A stretch of 64,000 bases of DNA from a virus, in IMG/VR virus record IMGVR_UViG_3300008262_000018, positions 32,001-96,000 of that record, one strand, 5' to 3'. Made by a program: the position numbers and the translations under genes. The number at the start of each line of letters is the position of its first letter. Position 1 is the first letter of the stretch. The notes under the pieces were generated by a model. That model had not been told where the DNA came from. It saw only the letters and a program-made list of their open reading frames with translations, and made no database searches. Positions 39,401-46,739 of the stretch are shown piece after piece.

Positions 39401-40270
39401 AATAGTATTGTAGAAGCATTAAAAGAATTGGATGAACATGCAGATGCAATTGCTGATAACAACCTCAAAAAAGATATCAACGATATCATGTTATTTAGTA
39501 TCTTGCAATCTGGTTTACAGAATAGTAATATAGATTATAGAAAGGTGCTTAGCATTGAGCTTTATTCTGAAACATTAAAGAATATATTTGATTCTTTCAA
39601 AAACAATAATGTAACGTTAGATGCTGATCAAGTTTGGAGAACATTCCATCAAAACAACTGGAGTAACCGAGGTATAGTGAGTAAAGCGCCAGCTTGGTTA
39701 AAAGTAAAAGATGGTGGATTGATTACAGTTGGGTCAAGTAGTGCAATGGCTAAGGTTGATTACTTTGTTAAGTATGTAAAGAAAGATAATTTTACTAAAG
39801 AAGAGTTTAAGCAGTTACAGAAAGAAAAAAGAGCGTATGAAGCATTTGCACCTGTATTATATGAAAATACACAAGCTGTTGATGATAAAGGAAGAATAGT
39901 GTTTATGCCTATTAATAAACTTGGAGATGGTCCTAGATTCTTAGAAATATACACTGATCCTGATACAGAATCAATACTAGAAGAAAACGACCATAAGAAA
40001 TTAACAATTAATAAAAAGTCAAAAATGACACCTGGAGGTGGATGGTTTAAAGTGAGTGATATGCTTAATTCTGTTAAAGAGCAAAAAGATATGAACACTC
40101 TTGAATCTGAAGAAACAGAACAAGAAGGGATCAAAGAAGATGAATTCTTTAAACCAGCAGGTGATATTAAAACATTTGCAGATCTTCAAGCAGAAGCTGT
40201 AAGACAATTTAAAGAGCAACAGAAAAAGAAAAAGGACGATGAAGGTAATCCTTTCAAATGTAAAAAATAA
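27443..40270 (+). CDS. Virion-packaged two-barrel RNA polymerase polyprotein (crAss-like vRNAP) with N-terminal hydrophobic region and degenerate zincin
   Basis: GSDFDIDKL catalytic motif (DFDID at 37421-37435), FRIPTQ, VDGAKDP; YHEAFE at 32927; 4275 aa. Confidence 0.88.
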   Translation: MAENKLFEGMQLDQKLGMDEFEQQLDLEGLDKKPFEVTADTSLPRRIKTEEQALNALNDAFVRGTQATRGGSSGLYNPKIVPYNSVKKYLDMPYGYNYGLDNDNFYANQEHWLKTAGKGIMRFGIGTVAKVGEGAGFLLGLSNPLNWDGDVISNAADNGISQLFGALDQKTKEDWFPLYQEAEDREKGFWNRLFTDGDFWAGDIADGFAFAVSVFVPGMALSKLGLGAKVLRATAPLRIGTGIAEDAVINAGKVQNYLTRGAQIAKGIDKFTAWGTMTASESLFEAAEIKRNIINSLTQDEFGNYVINKETGRPYTEEEKKRIAGQNAQGAFLLNTALLGMTNIIQLRWLGKIFNEGAELSTKRIIGTKNLTDVLKLPSASGKISKFLDGKLGAFFSGLPTAIASEGFVEENFQLAIQRLTESYGKKGKVRDYLNVKELLGQVGSQTLKAILGDDPEASTSIGLGGLIGTSMSGVSNVMNFSREKVNNENLVTSYNNAQQNWLKFGNIYKTQTVETTDDSGNIVKTEKIVFDPQGRPEEDVEKVAGVLTGYRAVTSMLDESEKLKDGLIKTTMRDMAFAEFVKAHINAGIESNLLEKLDDVIKASPEEVVKLGFILDDNVADQVNRYKNLASKIMKQDKLINRDILFDNTPEDLARKNTLIDLASKQAVYENLRDEISKSQTELKNELIDTKNTSLSDGLVDQLNDLVYRINAQEEKLNSLKKTGEQSFAYTMANDVLNDLKSDLNDLLKNNELSVKDIKKGKDGFYKYEKKRRNRPGIVDQYNKKSKVKSELENYIDELGYEWAKYADAINGKDNFLKTYNEEVIEPLNNDLTKKEEVEKELASRPKVASATIKDSEGNDVDISFSEKDVYTRVNPTTKKTEKIQVESIDLEKGMVIVIAPNGTSITAPIKDFSQVLFNEQWKLEKVKEKPKAEPKEGQDPSETEEGLFTEIEDGKLTAEEEKYAQRPKFQEVGFGKTFGRQFNDPPANTIPNTENGSDRFYYFTAKHNVYNRYYFLKVVTADNDEFKIRDSKQNPDDIKVVLMKRTKTGEDQFRYDYVDKDNKIIPEGSATKNNIIYRSLIDINNLDIDRVKRDYTIGGLTDAEIQKAIDEHIAFQKDLAKRIKEGEEVFLKAVSTSPGVHTIMYSNEFDEKGNPKPAEQPLEGRIIARDPDFDDLRSANNPEINIDLRVVTADNVPAQGIRAGRLVMQEYTLENGRKIWGDNIYRVFNRQLDENEKENIYNALLRLSDLYIKKYGKKNFFGKKVKKSTKLSKEEESELNLITGYLKGVINWSKPKAKEKVSDKNFWISNGLHRGSTVVPFDRASITKNKEKLTKGLYHNVNSTYLKEDMSFTTLKFDKLGKASKDVKYDTYTEYLLAKREKGAPPVYTSLPLANSDIPQRTNAYIKWQEVGVKEDVVEDTKKREEKMDAASSALPKIDREINEFVSLKRKYLKIRGVEFKFTISKDSVVFSFKTEKGYEQKTDPIPLSEVPKRRDDLIQVISKRTGYKYGATAAFHKLTLETLEKEKKRKEEAKKKAEEAAKKKPSVSTDAKVKIEAKKAEIQKLEKEKSDLLTETKTSEKSEIDAIRDLLKIGNKFKIDGIDVTVIPYGTGMMISADGVLPIKGYVFRTKNLNEDELNNLTYILYQNNFKGNKNVPLSTSEIDAKINKAKQELAVLEGGAKPTEVTTEGPFFSIEDAVSNATIKDGIATAVVSTKNITTNEVAELYRAEVKIVGGNVQAAKRELSKKLLAQIDTIDDNDIPFRLATEQEVSELEDFDEYQKFMGEKLPQIPIQRVNNLIYGKALGAFLKGGIYIYNKASKGTGYHEAFEAVWASYLTDDEQFELIKEFRQREGSFTNPYTNITKPYAEATRYDVREMLADEFGPYIENESFSPKTVGEKTKNILQKLWEFIKSIFGLSKKDRKDFDTYVNKIFKKISKGGYKNAKPIRDVMTLAPSFKVAPGLNQQQTLDALEGINFYFFKELFLRGNTVDSIIRGLDKNEINKLLTNTFDTAFNQVVANANVVNTGVAKIVSEQKKALYDIFKANLKRYGVRFFELEEQDESKTNDPLGIRDSITIDPRKTTSVNVSLLLLSLPDIRTINGKLKHQLNDLGQPTLVDSSRVHTLLLNELSNVSFIVKEDGTKVNAFDQMIEKLDEKYMNTKLVDGKLVKDGTYREGYQWVNSLKIRLKYQDLKGNRIQTNELDIDDISLRVAFIKSFSNTKFIPDKMIVESDGFIYNFNPLINVNEDRIRKDWANNIKKQLISNKSKLFKLQKSGRYTVNQASDDYFMLVDYKDSVGLEPVLEGFRKLGIEFSATTTELSRYETTLREQYIQIVNRFEDKTITDLEDLFAKDVIGGRIDTLIGIESKFEGEDNVLSYYNADGEIQYSVGIPSLFGTTINILNKVNSLEELVTTAPWLGFINNEGKAELHPYQTNSMLLKPGGLLFNKDGKRKRASKDQELTYRVISGTGVSNVDGTNTAKLQFPERIALKIHYLLNNVTFTLINSDKSTEYGISLPSKLFVETSDVDNLLNDEDQKITNIYIDQLKDELAAAVFQKTDPQNIQYYSKGVFDLGHFRDILSDKVKDKFKKNILDEESKDFGDYEKFVEDNLKDIEKDIRTYLKAKVEETYNFLLENDIFYKPGSRGFWTDLKITDAIDNELLNKVLSIEPKTVKDRDGYTSDDIMKIAGYLAINEEISVTEQHKIVYGHPAMYKDLPKRANGPTSTKEALVEDSDIVSWQDNNMPRHDLKKRSEDVNQTINVVSYKDMDVVSIFYKEIAENIYKDLRNAGLSQEEAEKKVGARFDESNNITGFIIKNGEYTGSVSAYLKLTESDAMAMGMPDAIRDLLFASSKFTDERAAQWDYEIAYEKLVRSGTIKAKDGTTIKKSDPRYRKFSKAELADALEIYKVGDPGYIFEVLKPQYFGYGVTKNISHPVFLKHAVQPKFYRHVEGTQFEKLYIAAQSNKIDIIGFESGEKVGNVTTESGDFVPVYNDLGGTNIDETDGKYAFPEDLPIQTLYSRFYGIQVEQSNKPKKSVVRGTQVTKIIMTNFYENGLPINESIGTLIEDYNSTIDSIIKLGKEKLLKDLGLERDGKDYKTKDLSKLIEILRAEAESRDLPDNIIDAIDYIEDIENEEQSLLYSFDTIITREKIDNILNSIVDSRVISEKMNGKSSPQVASTLYESNPRSFMYVKDGVYTQLSKSALKTLTEEERKSIKMTSSDLKFYRKGKDGKTLSMEVYIAWPFGDQVTPEQMGLKLENGIYKVPEGALRNMDKEILRIIGFRIPTQAPNSIESIIIKGFTPATNGDMIVVPSEIVGKSGSDFDIDKLNLYMPNVEIDVDGNKYYGETEFNDFLYNNLVKRGLSADKAKQVIDTFTKDDYVQLNRTTFAEAGKYQKNAELSLNDISKRMQASDQTLEYIKKGIQAYNLNSKNRKYIRYIPEDTTTKQGLQNRLIRIMSDLILSPENYVQLVTPNSTATLKGLANRMSRLEAIANPDSLKQNEKSLTYLRSFIGTTKTRERYLTAKQMVGISALHSTFHAMAQKVGLKVKAEYKTKNIGYLIPKEEETTGKGRNKTTTLKAKTVEPIVIKLPHHPADEKTGLFSIGYKKAVDGQDISEMNSESTSGFVDGAKDPFVFDLKLSMNTASTWFYLRHMGVPESYIAALFSQPIIVDYFKKFAKNRSNFKKQNGENLSREELMFEAVAPYYDKVVKGGSLLATLNSIEESTFNVSFKNQRKNDILKQLDVIYNTFDEFTLSELEEAITLGEKADPKLQIAALLSYLRYNAQASYLSSFIAGIGFDTGKTATTQEAILQMSKWKKAEKQEFINNPNAIMDETFLGQLKAQKEDVFNMFRRFFITLSPDILNVFQKLYDKLDDPDTFLMRDDAYNLITRYQNHVLGYILHTTPFKTFDGTEKTLNQMYEDMFKGDNSIAKRLLDLKNSKDDTISENLFIKELMPLLTNNDIKTNNISLFRNRLDTFEINSIVEALKELDEHADAIADNNLKKDINDIMLFSILQSGLQNSNIDYRKVLSIELYSETLKNIFDSFKNNNVTLDADQVWRTFHQNNWSNRGIVSKAPAWLKVKDGGLITVGSSSAMAKVDYFVKYVKKDNFTKEEFKQLQKEKRAYEAFAPVLYENTQAVDDKGRIVFMPINKLGDGPRFLEIYTDPDTESILEENDHKKLTINKKSKMTPGGGWFKVSDMLNSVKEQKDMNTLESEETEQEGIKEDEFFKPAGDIKTFADLQAEAVRQFKEQQKKKKDDEGNPFKCKK

Positions 40271-40279
40271 GCAAACACT

Positions 40280-43200
40280 ATGGCAACTACAAATTGTGAT
40301 GTAAAACAGAATGCTATTAGCTATTTAAAAAAGAAGAACGTAATTGATGATAGATTATTTATCACTAGTCCTCGTTTTTATATTGAGAATGATAAGCTTA
40401 CCCAATATGCTAAACAAAAGTATGGATTGAAGATAGAAGGAAGCTTATTTGATAGAACACGTATTGTTTTTAAAGATGTCAATGTTCAAGATAAATATAA
40501 AGTAGTGCCGAATGATGAGCTCTTTAATGAGCTTCAAGAAAGATATGATGAAGTAGAAGCTGTAAAAGAAGAAACTAAAGTTGTAGAAGTTAAACCAGGA
40601 GTAGAAGAACTATTTGATTCTAATCCTGAATTAGCTAATCAAGTATATGAAGCTTTAGAGTTTAATACGTCAATAGTTCCTAATAAAGTAGTTAGTATTA
40701 ATAATACTAATTTTGGAGATGAAACACCAAGTAATGAAAATGAAATAAGTTTTAATCTAAAAGATATAGAAATTGAAGAGTTCAATGATATTATTACTAA
40801 AAATAAAGCAACTATATACTTTACTATATCTGATAAAAAAGCATTAACATTTGGAAAAAGGGCAAATGGCACTATAGGTCAAATGATGCTGCAAAAAAAA
40901 GATAATATTGTTACTATATCAAGTGTAGCCCTTTATAGTCCTAATGTAAGAGTTGGAGAAATACAGTTAAAAATTAATGAAGGAAAAGGAATAGGTAAAT
41001 ATATTTATGAACTAGTAGGTGATAAACTTTTAGATAACGGATTGATTTTAAAATCTGACACCTCTATGAGTATAGGTGCAAAGAATGTTTGGGATTATTT
41101 TGTAAAAAACAATAAAGCTGAAAAAACAAAAGATAACACATATTTTTATAAAGGTAATCAAATAACCCCACAACAAAAACAACAAGCTTTACAACTATAC
41201 TCTCAATACTTAGATACTATATTTCCTGATAGTAAAGTAAAAGATATTGTTTATAGAGGAGGTAATTTAGGATCAAAACAACCCCAAGATGTAGAAGCTT
41301 TTACTACTAATAAATTTTATGCTGAATATAGAGCAGGACAAAATAACACAAATGTTTATCCTGCTGTTTTGAATATAAAAGATTCTGAATTAATTGAGAA
41401 AAAAGAAACTAGAACTTTATCTTTAGATAGAGATGAATTTCAATATGAAGATTATGGGTTTACTGATAACAAAGATCAAACTAAACAACTTGGTAATTTT
41501 TACACAGTAAAAGAAAATAATAGACATATACTAGGAAACAAACAAGACATAGAAGGATTTAAAGAGTTTGTAAAAGAACAACCCAAAGAAAAAAAAGAAG
41601 AAGAAGTTTCTAAAGTAGATTTAGCAGAAGCTCTTGATGATGACTTTATATTTAATGACGATACATTTGGAGATACAATACAAGATGAATCAGAAGATGG
41701 TATTGAATACCAACTCACTGAAGATGAGCCTATTGTAAATACTCCACCTGATATGTCTATAGATGAGAAGATAGAAAGATTCTTACAAAAGATAGGAGTA
41801 TCTGTAAATACAGTGCAAGAGATTAGAGACTCCACTGGTAGACTTGTAGATGCAAATGCTAAAGCAGATATGCTTAATAAAGTGATAGAAGTTGTTTCTG
41901 ATAGACAGCTTCTTGATACTCTACCTGAAGAAGCAGCTCACTTTTTTGTAAACATGCTAGGCACTAGCAACCCTCTTTATAAAAAGATGTTTGATAAGAT
42001 TACTGATTATCAAATATATGCACGCACTGTTGAGGTTTATAAAAAGAATAAAGATTATAGAAATGCTGATGGCACACTTAACATTAATAAGTTAAAGAAG
42101 GAAGCTATTGGTAAAGTGATTGCTCAACACATTATAGGAAATGAGAAAGGTATTGAATCAGAGAAAAACTTAGGTTTTTTAATGAATATCTGGAATCAAA
42201 TCTGGGACTTTGTTAAATCATTCTTTATTCAAGCTGAAGAGAATCCTTTTGAAACTTCTGCAAAAGCAATAGTGGAAGCTAATGTTGATGAGCTTAGTAC
42301 AGACTTCACTGAGAACGAGTTGTTTTATCAGATGAATGAACCTCTAACAGGATTGTTAGCTGATCAAGAAAATATTAAACTAGATGATACTGTAGACCCA
42401 CGTACAGGTCAAAAAAGACACATCTACACTTATAAAGGAGAACAAGCTAAAGGTAGTGTAACAACATATTATGTTGATGCTTGGCTAAAAAAGATATTTA
42501 GATCAGATCAAAGGTCGCAGGTTCAAAAAATGATTGACTTAGCCAAAGCTGATTATGGTGATGTTATTCATGATCAAATAAAAAAATTGTTTCAGAGTTG
42601 GACTAATGAAGATGGTACAAAAAGAAGTGTGCAAGCTTCTATAGAAAAAGTTGTACCAGCTGGTCCTATATATAATTTGTTGAATACATATGTTCAACAA
42701 ATTATGAATCAATACGATAGTAACACTAAGTTTTTTGCTGAGATGAAAATATTTGATCAGCAAAAGAAAATTGCAGGTAGTGTCGATTTAGTTGTAGTGA
42801 AGCTTAATGAATATAACGAACAAGTTGTAGATATATACGATTGGAAATCTCAGGAAATATTTAGAGATCAAGAAGACATAAAGCCATACAAAGAACCAAT
42901 GTATAGAATTCAGCTTGAAAACTACAAGAAGATTCTTCAGAAACAATATGGGTTTAAGAATTTTGATAGGGTGAGGGCTATTCCTATTAGAACAAGCTTT
43001 ATATACAAAGACAATCAAATATATAATATAAAGTCTATTGAAATAGGTAGTGTAGATCCTACTAAAATTCCTGATGATAAAAACTATTTGCTTCCTGTCA
43101 CTTTAAAAACTGAATCTACAGGACAAGAGGATTTGGATAGATTGATCTCTAAGCTGAACGCTATTCTTTCAAAGATTGAAAACTTTAAATACTCATCAGA

Positions 43201-46200
43201 AGAAAGATATAAGAAGAGAGAAGAGATAAATCAGTTGAGAGTTGCTATTAGAGACTTACAATTAAGAAATAGGATTGATAAGTTTATTGCTGTTGGTTTA
43301 ACTAATTACAAAAAGTATAGTGAAAGACTAGCTTCTGAAAAGCTTACAGGTAAAGAGATATTTGAAGCTCTTAGAATATTAGGTGTATTTACAGAAAGTA
43401 GTGAGTTGTTAAGAGATATGCGTGAGGAATATTACAAAGTGCTTTCAGAAAAAGGTGATAAAAAAGAATTAGCAAAGTTTGAAGCTGTTAATAAAAACTT
43501 TGCAACAATGGTGTCAAAAGTTAATGGTCTTATTAAAGATATTAACAGATATCAAAATGAAAAAGTAAAAGCAAAAGCAGATGAAAAAGGTATAAAGAAC
43601 ATACTTGATCCTGAATCTGCTATAGGTGTGTTACCAGGATGGTTACAAGCTTTAAGTAATATCAATAGAAATTCTTTTAAATTATTCTCAAATCTGTTAC
43701 GAAGAGCTCAAACAAAAAGAGATGTTAAATATGAAGATTCTCTTAAGAAATTAAAACAGCTAAAAGTTAATTATATTAAATGGGCTGAATCAAAAGGTCT
43801 TAGTGCAACTCAAGGTATTAATAAGATTCTTCAACTAGATGAAAAAGGAAACTGGAATGGTAACTTTATAAATAAGTATAAGAAAGAGTTTAGAGATTTA
43901 AAAAAGGAAAGTATTCAAAAAGAAGATATAAAATGGCTTTTAGAAAATCTTGAATATGATGAAGAAGCATATAAACAAAAAGAAAAAGAACAAATAGATT
44001 TTATAAAGTCTGTTCAATATTATCTTGATGAAAAAGAAAATGAAGAAGTAATTAAAAAAAGGATAAAAGAGTGGGTTGATTTGCATAGAGTTATAGATCC
44101 TAATGGTAAAATTAATCGAAAAGCATTATTAAATAAACAAAATAGATTTTTAAAAGGAAGTGATAAATGGTTAAGTAATGAGTGGAATGATCTACAAAAA
44201 GCTGAGAATAAACCACTTAAAGAAATGTATGATTATTTTCAATCTTTGTTAGAGTATTCTAAGAAGCTTGGAATGTTAGATGGTAATGTTCGTGGATTTA
44301 TTCCAGCAATGAATGCTGATAAAATTGATCAGTTTGCTTTTGGATCTATATCTGATTTGTTTAGTAAAAAAGGATTCTTTGAAGATTTAGAGATAGATAG
44401 TGGTACACAATACACTCCGCAAATTGACCCAACAGATGGAACTATAGTGAATAAAATACCAGTGTATTTTACTAAAGATCTTGGTGTTAAAAGAGAGGAT
44501 GGAACAATGGATTATTCTAAAAAGTCAAGAGATCTTTTTAAAATATTTGGAGTGTGGGCTGGGCATATGTACAACTATGAACAAATGCAACAGCTTGAGG
44601 ATGATGCAATTATGATAGTAAATGTTGAAGCAAATAAGAAAAGCTTAGTTACAAATATGTTTGGTGATCCTGTTTCAGAAAATGGAATTGTAAAAACAAT
44701 AGATAAAAATGATAGAAATGCTAAATTATTAGAAGATTTTGTAAACTATTATTTATACGATAAACAAAGCGACACTTTAAATGATGTTAAATTTAAGGTG
44801 GGCAAAAAAGAGTATTCATTGCTTAAGACAACACAATCAGCAATGAGCTGGTTTAGTTTAAAGACACTTGGTTTAAATCCTATATCTGGTACTGCAAACT
44901 TTGTAGGTGGTCTTGGTAATATACTATTCACTGCACAAAAAGGTATAATGTATACCAAAAAAACATGGGCAGAAGCTACTTATAAATTAACGTCTAGAGA
45001 TAAAAAAACTTGGGCAGCACTAGATTACTTTAGTGTTTTAGCTGAAGGAAAAGGTCAATCGTTAATTCAGCAACTATCTTTATCATCAACAAGTAAGATT
45101 TTAAATAAAAATAATGCATATATCATTCAGAGAATTTCAGATAGAGGAGTTGAATACCCATCAGCTGTAGCTTTGATGTTAGAACATATGTTAGATGGTG
45201 ATAAAATAGTTAGTATTCAACAGTATGTAAAGAATAAATATAACTACAATGAAACTTTTTACAGTCTTCCTAAAAGTGAACGTAATGATTTAAAGAAAAA
45301 AATAGAAGATGAGGTGGGTGAGTTGAAAAAAACAAAAAGTTTATTAGTTGTAGGACAGGTGAATAAAGAAGGCGAATTTGAATTACCAGGTATTACAAAA
45401 GAAAGCGAGGCATATGCTGCTTTTAGAGACAAGATAAAAGGTGTTAATAAAAAGATCATTGGTAACCAAACGCGTGAAGATATAAATAAAGTAAGAACTA
45501 CTATGCTTGGTAATGCGATGATGCAATTTAGAAACTGGATTCCAGAAATGGTGGAAGAAAGATTTGATGGTTTAAAGTTTGATGAAGAATTGCAGACATG
45601 GACATATGGAAGAGCTAATGCTTTTTTTAGCGATCTATTTTCAAAGAGAGCCTTGCTTTTAGGTAAAGCATTAATAACAGGACTTGGTGAAGGATCTGTA
45701 ATAAAACTTGCTAAACAGAAATATCAAGACATGAAAGCTGAAGCCTATGAAAAAGGAAAGTCTTTTGATATTACAGAAGGAGAGTTTATAGACTTATATA
45801 TAGGTAATATTAGAGCTTTAATGAGTGAAATAATGGTAATTATTGGTGTTTTAACTTTATTAACTTCAATTACTGGTGGAGATGATGATAAAAAAACAGG
45901 AGTTAAAAAATACTTATCAAGAGCTTTGAAAAAATATTATAATGAATTTGCTTTTTATTACAATCCAAAAGAGTTAACAAAAATTATAGACCAACCACTT
46001 CCTGTACTTGGTTTAGCTAATGATTTTATGACATTTGGTTATGACTTTACAAAAGAAATTGTAGCTAAAGGTGTAGGAAATGAAGACTGGGAAAAAGAAG
46101 CTAAACCTTTAAAATACTTTAATAAAATGGTTCCCATAGGTAAAGAAGCAATGATGTGGATGGCAGTGTATGATGATGACTTTAGAAAAGAATGGGATAT

Positions 46201-46213
46201 AAGAATTCAATAA
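40280..46213 (+). CDS. Large cargo protein with GNAT/ART-like insert, EExxH zincin-like domain and PD-(D/E)xK nuclease domain
   Basis: GKGIG..IYE; IVYRG..FTT...VYPAVLNIK; PEEAAH; AGSVDL...IYDWKS...QLENY; MMQFRNW C-terminal region. Confidence 0.7.
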   Translation: MATTNCDVKQNAISYLKKKNVIDDRLFITSPRFYIENDKLTQYAKQKYGLKIEGSLFDRTRIVFKDVNVQDKYKVVPNDELFNELQERYDEVEAVKEETKVVEVKPGVEELFDSNPELANQVYEALEFNTSIVPNKVVSINNTNFGDETPSNENEISFNLKDIEIEEFNDIITKNKATIYFTISDKKALTFGKRANGTIGQMMLQKKDNIVTISSVALYSPNVRVGEIQLKINEGKGIGKYIYELVGDKLLDNGLILKSDTSMSIGAKNVWDYFVKNNKAEKTKDNTYFYKGNQITPQQKQQALQLYSQYLDTIFPDSKVKDIVYRGGNLGSKQPQDVEAFTTNKFYAEYRAGQNNTNVYPAVLNIKDSELIEKKETRTLSLDRDEFQYEDYGFTDNKDQTKQLGNFYTVKENNRHILGNKQDIEGFKEFVKEQPKEKKEEEVSKVDLAEALDDDFIFNDDTFGDTIQDESEDGIEYQLTEDEPIVNTPPDMSIDEKIERFLQKIGVSVNTVQEIRDSTGRLVDANAKADMLNKVIEVVSDRQLLDTLPEEAAHFFVNMLGTSNPLYKKMFDKITDYQIYARTVEVYKKNKDYRNADGTLNINKLKKEAIGKVIAQHIIGNEKGIESEKNLGFLMNIWNQIWDFVKSFFIQAEENPFETSAKAIVEANVDELSTDFTENELFYQMNEPLTGLLADQENIKLDDTVDPRTGQKRHIYTYKGEQAKGSVTTYYVDAWLKKIFRSDQRSQVQKMIDLAKADYGDVIHDQIKKLFQSWTNEDGTKRSVQASIEKVVPAGPIYNLLNTYVQQIMNQYDSNTKFFAEMKIFDQQKKIAGSVDLVVVKLNEYNEQVVDIYDWKSQEIFRDQEDIKPYKEPMYRIQLENYKKILQKQYGFKNFDRVRAIPIRTSFIYKDNQIYNIKSIEIGSVDPTKIPDDKNYLLPVTLKTESTGQEDLDRLISKLNAILSKIENFKYSSEERYKKREEINQLRVAIRDLQLRNRIDKFIAVGLTNYKKYSERLASEKLTGKEIFEALRILGVFTESSELLRDMREEYYKVLSEKGDKKELAKFEAVNKNFATMVSKVNGLIKDINRYQNEKVKAKADEKGIKNILDPESAIGVLPGWLQALSNINRNSFKLFSNLLRRAQTKRDVKYEDSLKKLKQLKVNYIKWAESKGLSATQGINKILQLDEKGNWNGNFINKYKKEFRDLKKESIQKEDIKWLLENLEYDEEAYKQKEKEQIDFIKSVQYYLDEKENEEVIKKRIKEWVDLHRVIDPNGKINRKALLNKQNRFLKGSDKWLSNEWNDLQKAENKPLKEMYDYFQSLLEYSKKLGMLDGNVRGFIPAMNADKIDQFAFGSISDLFSKKGFFEDLEIDSGTQYTPQIDPTDGTIVNKIPVYFTKDLGVKREDGTMDYSKKSRDLFKIFGVWAGHMYNYEQMQQLEDDAIMIVNVEANKKSLVTNMFGDPVSENGIVKTIDKNDRNAKLLEDFVNYYLYDKQSDTLNDVKFKVGKKEYSLLKTTQSAMSWFSLKTLGLNPISGTANFVGGLGNILFTAQKGIMYTKKTWAEATYKLTSRDKKTWAALDYFSVLAEGKGQSLIQQLSLSSTSKILNKNNAYIIQRISDRGVEYPSAVALMLEHMLDGDKIVSIQQYVKNKYNYNETFYSLPKSERNDLKKKIEDEVGELKKTKSLLVVGQVNKEGEFELPGITKESEAYAAFRDKIKGVNKKIIGNQTREDINKVRTTMLGNAMMQFRNWIPEMVEERFDGLKFDEELQTWTYGRANAFFSDLFSKRALLLGKALITGLGEGSVIKLAKQKYQDMKAEAYEKGKSFDITEGEFIDLYIGNIRALMSEIMVIIGVLTLLTSITGGDDDKKTGVKKYLSRALKKYYNEFAFYYNPKELTKIIDQPLPVLGLANDFMTFGYDFTKEIVAKGVGNEDWEKEAKPLKYFNKMVPIGKEAMMWMAVYDDDFRKEWDIRIQ

Positions 46214-46214
46214 T

Positions 46215-46243
46215 AAAAGGGGAGAATTTATCTCCCCTTTTTT
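46215..46243. terminator. Bidirectional intrinsic terminator between convergent modules
   Basis: AAAAGGGGAGA-loop-TCTCCCCTTTTTTT. Confidence 0.85.
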
Positions 46244-46461
46244 TACCACCATGTGTAGCTTACACTAAAGAAAATAAAGCCTACTGTTACTGTATGATAT
46301 GGATTGACAATAACTTCATTGTTTTTTGTTACACCATCGCATTTATTTATGCATTCATAACTAATTCCTAATAAACATAATTCTTTACTTAAAAAACCAA
46401 TATGAATTCTTTTCATATTGAATTTTCTGTTATCTACTTTTAAATCACTTGCTTTAATCAT
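46243..46461 (-). CDS. Hypothetical small protein
   Basis: ORF coupled to the upstream gene, ends at the terminator. Confidence 0.55.
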   Translation of the reverse strand: MIKASDLKVDNRKFNMKRIHIGFLSKELCLLGISYECINKCDGVTKNNEVIVNPYHTVTVGFIFFSVSYTWW

Positions 46462-46730
46462 AACTGTTTGTTTTTTAAAGTTTTATCAATTAATAAATCA
46501 TCTCCCTCTTTTACAGAACTAAATCTCACTGCTACATCTTTATTGTAATAGTCGATATAGATTCTTTTTTTGGATTTAGCCCTAGTCTGTAAGATATTAA
46601 CTGTGACTCCTAATTTTTTACTAGCTGTTCTATAATTAGAAAATACACCAATTAATTTTTTGTTTTCTGGGTCATAAATTTTAACACACGTTCCTGCATC
46701 TAAATATTCGCATAAATCTTGTACAAGCAT
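46458..46730 (-). CDS. NUMOD1-like HTH DNA-binding protein
   Basis: KIYDPENKKLIGVFSNYRTASKKLGV pattern. Confidence 0.5.
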   Translation of the reverse strand: MLVQDLCEYLDAGTCVKIYDPENKKLIGVFSNYRTASKKLGVTVNILQTRAKSKKRIYIDYYNKDVAVRFSSVKEGDDLLIDKTLKNKQL

Positions 46731-46739
46731 GTTTCAAAA

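Noticed and set aside
1049-45459. Many short antisense and alternate-frame ORFs in the track (e.g. 1049-1291, 11013-11348, 39760-40134)
   Set aside because: They are shadow ORFs inside long genes with Ile/Phe/Ser-biased composition and no motifs.
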